DNA from: Candidatus Nitrospinota bacterium M3_3B_026
GTDB taxonomy: Bacteria; Nitrospinota_A; UBA7883; JBPRGF01
Assembly: GCA_051418015.1 (NCBI GenBank)
Contig: JBPRGF010000017.1
Span: 192,001-256,000 of the forward strand
Direction: 5' to 3'
Length of the DNA stretch: 64,000 bases
The notes below the pieces were generated by a model. It saw nothing but the letters and a program-made list of their open reading frames with translations, was not told the origin of the DNA and did not search any database. The position numbers and the translations under genes were made by a program. This document shows, piece after piece, positions 56,511-64,000 of the stretch. Within the stretch, counting starts at the first letter, position 1, and each line of letters opens with the position of its first letter.

Positions 56511-58502
56511 TCACGCCATCTCCAGCCTCTTGAGCCTCCGGATCTTGTCCCGGAGCCTCGCCGCGGTCTCGAAATCCAGGTCCCGCGCCGCCTTGCGCAT
56601 CGACGCCTCGTGTTTTTCTATCAGACGCTCTATGTTCTCCACCGGCAGGAACTCAAGCTCCTCCTCGTCCTCCTTGGGGACGGTCACATAGTCATGCTCG
56701 TAGACCGAGGAGAGCGCCTCGCCTATCTTCTTTTTCACGCTTCGGGGGGTTATGCCGTGTTTTTCGTTGTACTCCAGCTGGATGGCCCGGCGGCGGGTGG
56801 TCTCGTCGATGGCACGGCGCATGGAGCCGGTTATCCTGTCGGCGTACATTATCACCTGCCCGCCGACGTTCCTGGCGGCGCGCCCGGCCGTCTGGATCAG
56901 CGACGTTCCGCTCCTCAGGAAGCCTTCCATGTCCGCGTTGAGAATCGCCACGAGGCTGACCTCGGGGATGTCCAGCCCTTCTCTCAGGAGGTTTATGCCT
57001 ATCAGCGCGTCGAATTCGCCCATGCGAAGGTCCTGGATGATGGCCATCCTCTCCAGCGTACCTATCTCCGAGTGCAGGTAGCGCGCCCGGACGCCGAGAC
57101 CCTCCATGTGGTCGGCGAGGTCCTCGGCCTGCCGCTTGGTCATGCAGGTGACGAGGACCCGCTCATCGCGCCCGGCCCGTTTCCGTATCTGCTCCAAAAG
57201 GTCGTCCACCTGGTTCTCCACGGGGAGGACGATGATCTCCGGGTCGGCAAGGCCCGTGGGGCGGACGATCTGCTCCACCACCACGCCTTCCGATTTTTCG
57301 ATCTCGTACTCCGCGGGCGTGGCGGAGACGAAGATGGTCTGCGGCATGAGCGCCTCGAACTCCTCGAAGGACAGAGGCCTGTTGTCATAGGCCGACGGCA
57401 GGCGGAAGCCGTATTCCACGAGCGTTCTTTTCCTCGACCGATCGCCCTTCAGCATAGCGCCGAGCTGGGGGATGGTCTGATGGCTTTCGTCGATTATGAG
57501 CAGCGCGGCGCCGGGAAGGTACTCCATCAGCGTCGGCGGCGGCTGGCCCGGGGCGCGGCCGGAGAGATAGCGGGAATAGTTTTCTATCCCGTTGCAGTAC
57601 CCGATGGCCTTTATCATCTCGATGTCGGCCATCGTCCGCTCCTCTATCCTCTGCGCCTCGATGAGCTTGTCCCGCCTCCTGAAATCCTCCGCCACCTCGA
57701 CAAGCTCCTTCCTGATCTCCACCAGGGCCTTCTCCATCACGTCCCTGGGGGTTACGTAGTGCGAGCCGGGATAGATGTCCACGCTGCCAAGCTTTTTCAG
57801 GACCTTACCCGTAAGAGGGTCCACCTTGCGGACGGAGTCCACCTCGTCGCCGAAGAACTCGACGCGCAGCGCCGTGTCGGTCTCGTAGATAGGCAGTATT
57901 TCCACCACATCGCCCATGACGCGGAAGACGCCCCTTTTGAAATCCACGTTGTTGCGCTCGTAATGTATATCCACGAGCTTTGCGAGAAAGTCGTCCCGGT
58001 CAAGCTCCATCCCCTCTTCTATGTGGATTCGCATGGCGTTGTACTGCTCCGGCGAGCCGAGACCGTATATGCAGGAGACGGAGGCGACTATTATCACGTC
58101 CCGCCGCTCCAGAAGCGACCTGGTCGCCGAGTGGCGCATCTTGTCTATTTCGTCGTTTATGGAGGCGTCCTTTTCTATGTATGTACCCGTCTTGGGCAGG
58201 TAAGCCTCGGGCTGGTAGTAGTCGTAGTAGGAGACGAAGTACTCCACGGCGTTTTCGGGGAAAAACGATTTGAACTCGGAGTACAGCTGCGCGGCGAGGG
58301 TCTTGTTGTGGGCTATGACGAGGGTGGGCTTCTGGACCTTCTCTATGACGTGGGCTATCGTGAAGGTCTTGCCGGAGCCCGTGACCCCAAGGAGAGTCTG
58401 GCGGGCAAGCCCTTTTTCCAGCCCTTCCGCCAACTGTTTTATTGCCGCCGGCTGATCGCCTCTCGGCGAAAAGTCCGACACCACCCTGAACCTGCCCTCC
58501 AT
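56511..58502 (-). CDS. uvrB: Excinuclease ABC subunit B
   Basis: [42 protein letters not shown]. Confidence 0.98.
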   Translation of the reverse strand: MEGRFRVVSDFSPRGDQPAAIKQLAEGLEKGLARQTLLGVTGSGKTFTIAHVIEKVQKPTLVIAHNKTLAAQLYSEFKSFFPENAVEYFVSYYDYYQPEAYLPKTGTYIEKDASINDEIDKMRHSATRSLLERRDVIIVASVSCIYGLGSPEQYNAMRIHIEEGMELDRDDFLAKLVDIHYERNNVDFKRGVFRVMGDVVEILPIYETDTALRVEFFGDEVDSVRKVDPLTGKVLKKLGSVDIYPGSHYVTPRDVMEKALVEIRKELVEVAEDFRRRDKLIEAQRIEERTMADIEMIKAIGYCNGIENYSRYLSGRAPGQPPPTLMEYLPGAALLIIDESHQTIPQLGAMLKGDRSRKRTLVEYGFRLPSAYDNRPLSFEEFEALMPQTIFVSATPAEYEIEKSEGVVVEQIVRPTGLADPEIIVLPVENQVDDLLEQIRKRAGRDERVLVTCMTKRQAEDLADHMEGLGVRARYLHSEIGTLERMAIIQDLRMGEFDALIGINLLREGLDIPEVSLVAILNADMEGFLRSGTSLIQTAGRAARNVGGQVIMYADRITGSMRRAIDETTRRRAIQLEYNEKHGITPRSVKKKIGEALSSVYEHDYVTVPKEDEEELEFLPVENIERLIEKHEASMRKAARDLDFETAARLRDKIRRLKRLEMA

Positions 58503-58587
58503 CCGGATAGTATAGCAGGACGGCGACGAGGACAGCCGCCGGGCCCGGAGAAGAAGGCGCGCCCTCTTTCCCGGGGGCGGCGCGGCC

Positions 58588-59022
58588 CTAGCAGTTTATG
58601 GCCACGCCGGAGCCGTTCGGGCCGCCTCCCGTCCGTGGAGCGGCCTTGTTGGCGCTCTCTATGGCCTGCTCCCAGGCCTGCTTCACGTTCCGCAGGGTGT
58701 CCAGGGCGGTGTCCAGAAGGTCCTTGTCCCTGTCTATGTTGGCCTGGGTGAGGTTCCTGTTGATATCCGTGTAGAGCCTGTCCAGGCTGTCGGCCACGTC
58801 GCCGCCCCGCGTTTTGTCCAGCGAGGCCGCAAGCTCGCTGATGATCTTCTGGGCCTTGCTTATGTAGAGCCCCTGGCCCGCGGCGTCGCCGGTGTCCATC
58901 CTCTGCTTTGCCTCGGCGATGAAGCGGATGGCCCCATCGTACATCAAGACGATCAGCTTGGACTTGTTGACCGTGTTGACCTGGTTGGCCTGGTAGGCGT
59001 TCGGTCTTTTGTACTCACTCAT
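58588..59022 (-). CDS. fliS: Flagellar export chaperone FliS
   Basis: [22 protein letters not shown]. Confidence 0.93.
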   Translation of the reverse strand: MSEYKRPNAYQANQVNTVNKSKLIVLMYDGAIRFIAEAKQRMDTGDAAGQGLYISKAQKIISELAASLDKTRGGDVADSLDRLYTDINRNLTQANIDRDKDLLDTALDTLRNVKQAWEQAIESANKAAPRTGGGPNGSGVAINC

Positions 59023-59038
59023 TCGGATGTCTCCTTGA

Positions 59039-60652
59039 TTAGAATTGCCACCCCTTTGACAATGTGCTCAGCTGCGAGTTGAGATAGTTCTGCTCCGCCG
59101 TGAGCTTCGACAGGAGCGTCTCCAGGTTCACGAACTTGGCCTTGAGGTTCTCCTCCTTCTGGACAAGGCGGTCCTCCATATCGTCGATCTGCTCCTGCAG
59201 CTTCTTGTCCTGGTTTTCTATGCTCCTGTACTGGTTGAATATCAACCCCTCGGTGGAGAACTCGGTGTACCTGGCGGCCTTGTGGCGCGCCGCCTCCGCG
59301 ACGCCCATGGATATCCTCATCGTCCCGGTCTCGCCTATGCTCATCGTCCCGGTCTGGAGGATCAGGCCCTCCAGTATCGTGTCGCTCTGCCCATAGGCGA
59401 AGTTCCCTGACTGGTCGAGCCGGACCCATGTCCCGCCGCCGCCCTGCAGCTTCATCTCGAGGGCCGCCACACCACCGCCGGCGTCCACCACCCTGGTGTC
59501 ATAGGTTCCGCCGGTAGTCGATCCGGCGCCGGTGACAAAGGTGTATGTCCCGCTGCCGGCGGAGACGAAAAGCTCCTTCACGTCGTCGAACCGGGTCTTC
59601 AGAAAGTCCTTAAACTTCGCCTCGTCGAGCGTGAGGTGGTCCTCGTCGTCCGTCTTCAGCCCAACCTGGGACAGGGAAGAAAGGTTGCTCGAGTCGGTAA
59701 CATCGATCCCCGCCACGCTCCCCGTAACCAGGGAGCGCATCTGTTCCTGTATGGTCTGCAGCGTGGCGTTGCCGAAAAGCTCTCCCTTGGTGTTCGTGGA
59801 CTGCTCGTAGGTGAACTGCTCCTTGATGTAGTCCGCCAGCTCGTTGTACGCCTCGACGAAGCTCTTGACCTTGTCCACGATGGCGTCATAGTCAGCCGCG
59901 AAGGTCATGGTCCCCGACCCGGCGGTCTTCAGGTTTATGGTGGCGTCGTAGATGACGTCGGTCACCGTATTGGAGCTTTTCGTGACGCTGAGCCCGTCGA
60001 TGGTGAACTGGGCGTCCTGCGCGGACTGCGATGTGGTGAAGGTCAGGTTCGTTATGTCGGAGATAGTAAAGCTGTTGTCCGTCCCGGTCTCGTCCGCCGA
60101 CACGAGAAGCTTGTACTGGGGGTTGTCGTTCGTCCCGGTGTTGATTATCGACGCCGTGACCGGCGCGCCGCTCGCGTTTATGTCGTTCTTGATCTCCTCC
60201 AGGGTGTCGCCGGAGACGACGCTTATGTTATAAGTGTCGGTCCCGTCGTCGATGGTGATGGTTCCGCTCGCCCCGGCGGCGGTGGTGTAGCTTGCGAAGG
60301 CCTCGTTGCTGGCCGACTTCTGCGCTCGGGCGAGCTGACTTACCGCTATGTCATGGGAGCCGTCCGGGGTGCTCGCCCCCGCCACGATGGTGAGGACTTC
60401 GCCCGCGGAGGTGTTGTTGTTATAGAACGTTCCCGTCCGGGAGGAAAACTCGTTCGCGGTGTTCATCTTGTCCGCGGCGGACTCAAAAGCCAGAAGCTTC
60501 GAGTTCACTTCCTGCCAGGCGGCTTTCTGCGCGGCCAGGGCGCCCTGCTTGACCTCCAGTATCTCTATGGGGCGCCGCTCCAGCTCCATGAGCTGGCTGA
60601 TTATGCTGGTGGTGTCAAGACCCGATACAAGCCCGTCAACGGAGAGAGCCAT
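59039..60652 (-). CDS. fliD: Flagellar filament cap FliD
   Basis: GLVSGLDT..II.QLM..ER, QLA.AQ, AQDA, FVEAYN. Confidence 0.95.
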   Translation of the reverse strand: MALSVDGLVSGLDTTSIISQLMELERRPIEILEVKQGALAAQKAAWQEVNSKLLAFESAADKMNTANEFSSRTGTFYNNNTSAGEVLTIVAGASTPDGSHDIAVSQLARAQKSASNEAFASYTTAAGASGTITIDDGTDTYNISVVSGDTLEEIKNDINASGAPVTASIINTGTNDNPQYKLLVSADETGTDNSFTISDITNLTFTTSQSAQDAQFTIDGLSVTKSSNTVTDVIYDATINLKTAGSGTMTFAADYDAIVDKVKSFVEAYNELADYIKEQFTYEQSTNTKGELFGNATLQTIQEQMRSLVTGSVAGIDVTDSSNLSSLSQVGLKTDDEDHLTLDEAKFKDFLKTRFDDVKELFVSAGSGTYTFVTGAGSTTGGTYDTRVVDAGGGVAALEMKLQGGGGTWVRLDQSGNFAYGQSDTILEGLILQTGTMSIGETGTMRISMGVAEAARHKAARYTEFSTEGLIFNQYRSIENQDKKLQEQIDDMEDRLVQKEENLKAKFVNLETLLSKLTAEQNYLNSQLSTLSKGWQF

Positions 60653-60697
60653 TTTATTCCAACCGAAAGTTTATATTTTCCTTGGCCGTTTGCTCTT

Positions 60698-60725
60698 TTA
60701 TCGGCCTGGAAAGGGTCTTCCTTTA
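60698..60725 (-). promoter_or_regulatory. Sigma28 promoter of fliD-fliS
   Basis: TAAA-N16-GCCGATAA. Confidence 0.8.
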
Positions 60726-60763
60726 GCTGTTTTTTCTTGCCCTGAACGCGCCCCGCGCCTTTG

Positions 60764-60809
60764 AAAAAACGGAAAGGCCCGGGCCCCCTGAAAAGGACCC
60801 GGGCCTTCC
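60764..60809 (-). terminator. Intrinsic terminator after fliC
   Basis: GGAAGGCCCGGGTCC-loop-GGGCCCGGGCCTTTCC followed by a T tract on the minus strand. Confidence 0.75.
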
Positions 60810-60862
60810 AAAACGGCCCCTCCGATGGGCTCTAAATCAACGCCGATGCGGCGCGCCTTTTT

Positions 60863-61735
60863 TTAACCCAGAAGCTGAAGCACCGTCTGTGGTACCAGGT
60901 TCGCCTGGGCCAGGATCGCCGTGGAGGCCTGAACCAGGATCTGGTTCCTCGTGAACTGCGATATCTCCAGCGAGTAGTCGGCGTCGCGGATCTGCGACTC
61001 GGCGGCCTGGAGGTTCTCGGCGCTGATGGACAGATTGGCTATGGTATGGACCAGCCTGTTCTGCACCGCGCCAAGCTTGCCCCGGCCCGCCGTAACCACG
61101 GAAAGGGCGGAGTCGATCCTGCTGAGGGAGTCCAGCGCCGAGGAGACGTGGGTGACGGAGATGTCGGTTATGTTCAAGCCGGTGGAGTCGATGGCGGTAA
61201 GGTCCACCTCCTGGTTGAGGCTTATCCTGTCCCAGGACGTGGCCTGCATCCCGACCTGGATGACCACGGAGTCGACACCCAGGGCGGTCAACGTCGTCGA
61301 GTCGCTGGAGAGCGATCCGTCAACCAGCTTCTGGCCGTTGAACTCCGCCACCTGGGAGATGCGGTCGACCTCGTTACGCAGGGCGTTGAACTCGTGGTTG
61401 ATCGTGACGCGCTCCGCCGAGCCGACGGTACCCGTAGCGGCCTGGGCGGCCAGCTCGCGCATCCTGATGAGGATCGACGCCTGCTCGCCCAGGGCGCCTT
61501 CGGCGGTGTTGATGAGGCTGATGCCGTCGTTGGCGTTCCGGAGCGCCTGGTTCAGCGACCGGATGTCCGCCCGCAGCGCCTCGGATATCGCCAGCCCCGC
61601 CGCGTCGTCGGCGCCCCTGTTTACCCGAAGGCCCGACGAAAGGCGCTCCAGGGACACCCCCAGGGAGTTGTTGTTGTTGCCCAGGTGCCTCTGGGCGGTG
61701 ATGGAGAAGATGTTGTTGTAGACACGAAGAGCCAT
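60863..61735 (-). CDS. fliC: Flagellin (short, 290 aa)
   Basis: ERLSSGLRVN..ADDAAGLAI, LGAVQNRL, AESQIRDAD, ILAQAN. Confidence 0.97.
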   Translation of the reverse strand: MALRVYNNIFSITAQRHLGNNNNSLGVSLERLSSGLRVNRGADDAAGLAISEALRADIRSLNQALRNANDGISLINTAEGALGEQASILIRMRELAAQAATGTVGSAERVTINHEFNALRNEVDRISQVAEFNGQKLVDGSLSSDSTTLTALGVDSVVIQVGMQATSWDRISLNQEVDLTAIDSTGLNITDISVTHVSSALDSLSRIDSALSVVTAGRGKLGAVQNRLVHTIANLSISAENLQAAESQIRDADYSLEISQFTRNQILVQASTAILAQANLVPQTVLQLLG

Positions 61736-61868
61736 AGCGAATCCTCCTTGAAATCATCGCTCCAGCCTCCTTGCCGGAGCCGGGGGCGCTAAAAAACCCT
61801 TCGGCCTCCATGCGGCCGCGGGCTTCGCGCCGGTTTCATCGAACCGTCTTTTGCCTGACGTTATCTAT

Positions 61869-61895
61869 GTATCGACGGAGGGAAAATTTTACTAA
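61869..61895 (-). promoter_or_regulatory. Possible sigma28 promoter of fliC
   Basis: TTAG-N15-GTCGATAC; imperfect match to consensus. Confidence 0.5.
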
Positions 61896-62554
61896 AGACT
61901 TTTTTTCGCCTGGGGGCGGGCGAGGGCTTCGGAAAGGTCTTTTATCATCCCCCTCACGCGTCCGCTCTTCGTCTTGAGGGAGGCCCGGTTGACAACCAGC
62001 CTGGCGGTGATATCCATTATTCGCTCCACCTCCACGAGGCCGTTCTGGCGGAGGGTCTCGCCGGTGGAGACGAGGTCCACTATCCTCTCCGAGAGCCCCA
62101 CGAGCGGCGCGAGTTCTATGGAGCCGTAGAGAGTGATAACCTCGATCTGCACGCCGCGCCCGGCGAAATGGGCCTCGGTGATGTTGGGGAACTTCGTGGC
62201 GACGCGGATATGCGTCCATTCCTCGGGGTTATCCCTGTCGGAAAGCTCCTCCGGCTCGGCCACCACCATCCGGCAACGCCCGAAGCCGAGGTCCAGAGGC
62301 TCGTAAAGGTCCGCCTCGCGCTCGGCCAGCACGTCGGCCCCGGCCACGCCGATGTCCGCCGCGCCTTCTTCCACGTAGATCGGGACGTCCTTGTCGCGGA
62401 TGACCATGGCCGCCGCGGCCGCGCCGGGGGCCTCGAATATCAGCTTCCGCCCCTCCCTGAGCGCCTCGCTGAAATCGAGCCCCGCTTTCCTGAAAAGCTC
62501 GACCGAGGGCTTAAGGTTGCGCCCCTTGGGGAGGGCTATCGTTATCTTCTCCAT
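61892..62554 (-). CDS. hisG: ATP phosphoribosyltransferase, short form
   Basis: ALPKGR, DIGVAGADVL.E, VATKFP, GSIELAP, DLVSTG.TL. Confidence 0.96.
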   Translation of the reverse strand: MEKITIALPKGRNLKPSVELFRKAGLDFSEALREGRKLIFEAPGAAAAAMVIRDKDVPIYVEEGAADIGVAGADVLAEREADLYEPLDLGFGRCRMVVAEPEELSDRDNPEEWTHIRVATKFPNITEAHFAGRGVQIEVITLYGSIELAPLVGLSERIVDLVSTGETLRQNGLVEVERIMDITARLVVNRASLKTKSGRVRGMIKDLSEALARPQAKKSL

Positions 62555-62660
62555 GAACGCCGCGCCCTGAGAATCTTTCCTTGAAACAAGAGGTTATTAT
62601 AAACCATGCGTCCCGCCCGGACACCCGCCGCGGAGGACGCTCATGGGGCGGGAAGTCTCG

Positions 62661-64000
62661 TCAGGCGGCGGACAGGACCGCCTCTTCCCCCCGTTTTGGC
62701 GCAAGGCTGACCGAGATTATCCGGGAGACGCCCTCCTCCTCCTGGGTAACGCCGTAGAGACGCTCCGCGAAGCTCATCGTCTTCTGGTTGTGGGTGATGA
62801 TTATGAACTGCGTCTTCTCCCGCATCTCCATCAGCATGTCGCGGAAACGGAAGATGTTGGCCTCGTCCAGCGGCGCGTCCACCTCGTCGAGCAGGCAGAA
62901 AGGGCTGGGCTTGGCGAGGAACACCGCGAAAAGAAGGGCTATCGCCGTCATGGCCTTCTCCCCCGCCGACAGCAGGTTCAGGTTCTGCACCTTCTTGCCG
63001 GGCGGCTGGACCAGCACCTCCAGGCCGGGCTCGGGCTTGCCTTCTTCCTCCACAAGCCGCATCTCGGCGTGGCCGCCGCCAAAAAGCCTCCTGAACACCA
63101 TCTCGAAGTTCCTGGAGACCGTCTCGAAGGTCTTGTTGAACATGCTCCTGGTCGTGGCGTTTATGTTGTCTATGGTCTTGCGCAGGTGGTTGATGGACGC
63201 CGTGAGGTCCTCGCTCTGCTTCTTCATGAACTCGTAGCGCTCGTTGACCTCCTCGAATTCCTCCAGGGCGCTCATGTTCACATCGCCCATGCGCCCAAGC
63301 TCGCCCCGCAGGAACGAAAGCCTCTGGCGTGTCTGCTCCACGTCCACGTCCGACGTGTCGAAGCCAAAAAGGTCCTCGGCGGGGATGTTGAACTCGTCGT
63401 CGGCTTTCTCGATCACGTTCTCCACCCGCATCTGCAGCTCGGACTTCCTGACGGCCAGCTCGGAGACGCGGCTCCGCGCCTCCTCCAGCTCGTCCCGCAA
63501 CCGCCTGGCCTCCCCATCCAGCTCCTTTCTCTTCCCGGCCTGCGCCTCAAGCGTCTCGGAAAGCTCAACGACGCGGGAGGAGACTTCTTCCTTCCGGCGC
63601 GCAAGCTCCACATTCTCCCTTGCCAGAGAGTCCATCGTCCCCCGTATCTCCTCCCGGCGGCGGCCGTAGTCCTGTATAGAGTCTTTCAACCTCTGGACGC
63701 GGGTCAGAAGCTCCGCCTTCGCCCCCTCCTGCCGCTTCATGTCGAGCCGCAGGTTCTCGAGCCTGCCGCGCCTCTCCGCCAGCGCCACCTCCTCCTCCCG
63801 GACGCCTCCCATGGCCTGCTCGAGACGGGCGCCCAGCCGCTCGGTCTCTTCACCGAGCCTCGCGGCTTCCTCGTCGAGCGCCGCCTTGCGTTCCGTAAGG
63901 GTGGAAAGCTCCTCCGTCAGCCCGACGGACTCAGCGGCGAACCGCTCCTTGTCCGCGGCGGCCATCCGCGCTTCCTCGCTCAACGCCTCGAGCCGGGAGC
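62661..64000 (-). CDS. smc: Chromosome segregation protein SMC, C-terminal part (start outside the window)
   Basis: Long coiled coil, G.VN..A.EE, PPGKK, LSAGE, PFCLLDEVDAPLD, ITH. Confidence 0.95.
   Translation of the reverse strand, partial: SRLEALSEEARMAAADKERFAAESVGLTEELSTLTERKAALDEEAARLGEETERLGARLEQAMGGVREEEVALAERRGRLENLRLDMKRQEGAKAELLTRVQRLKDSIQDYGRRREEIRGTMDSLARENVELARRKEEVSSRVVELSETLEAQAGKRKELDGEARRLRDELEEARSRVSELAVRKSELQMRVENVIEKADDEFNIPAEDLFGFDTSDVDVEQTRQRLSFLRGELGRMGDVNMSALEEFEEVNERYEFMKKQSEDLTASINHLRKTIDNINATTRSMFNKTFETVSRNFEMVFRRLFGGGHAEMRLVEEEGKPEPGLEVLVQPPGKKVQNLNLLSAGEKAMTAIALLFAVFLAKPSPFCLLDEVDAPLDEANIFRFRDMLMEMREKTQFIIITHNQKTMSFAERLYGVTQEEEGVSRIISVSLAPKRGEEAVLSAA

Noticed and set aside
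2136..58751. Many long antisense or alternative-frame ORFs (e.g. 2136-3638, 21921-23783, 25303-27141, 47531-49558, 56610-58751)
   Set aside because: Shadow ORFs expected in GC-rich coding DNA; they overlap well-supported genes and show no motifs
62958..62975. SMC signature LSAGE instead of LSGGE
   Set aside because: Minor variant retaining the key Ser; Walker B and D-loop are intact

Overview
GC-rich chromosomal window from a motile, flagellated and piliated diderm bacterium. A Nitrospinota- or deltaproteobacterium-like origin is my impression only, not established. Positions 1-14.7 kb hold a complete minus-strand dcw cluster (mraZ-rsmH-ftsL-ftsI-murE-murF-mraY-murD-ftsW-murG-murC-murB-ddl-ftsQ') with a visible promoter and MraZ boxes. 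The rest mixes housekeeping genes (acyP, rtcB, glyQ, plsY, ispE, uvrB, hisG, smc', tRNA-Val, tRNA-Pro) with dense motility and signalling genes: a sigma54-driven pilin, two MshEN-bearing PilB/GspE ATPases, FlhG-like, HDOD, CheY, a kinase plus diguanylate cyclase, a FapA-MotAB-PilZ operon and fliC-fliD-fliS. Highlights are a Cyc2-like cytochrome-porin fusion, an aromatic-rich 'e-pilin'-type pilin, a chemoreceptor with periplasmic heme c and two recently duplicated hemerythrins, an ATPase with eight MshEN-like repeats, a HEAT-repeat adenylate cyclase, a signal-less HmuY-like protein, MraY with Asn at a normally invariant Asp, a probable CTG start for rsmH, several apparently leaderless genes and a structured csp leader. 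No CRISPR array, rRNA, transposase or integrase was seen. All calls come from motif reading by eye; no searches were run.
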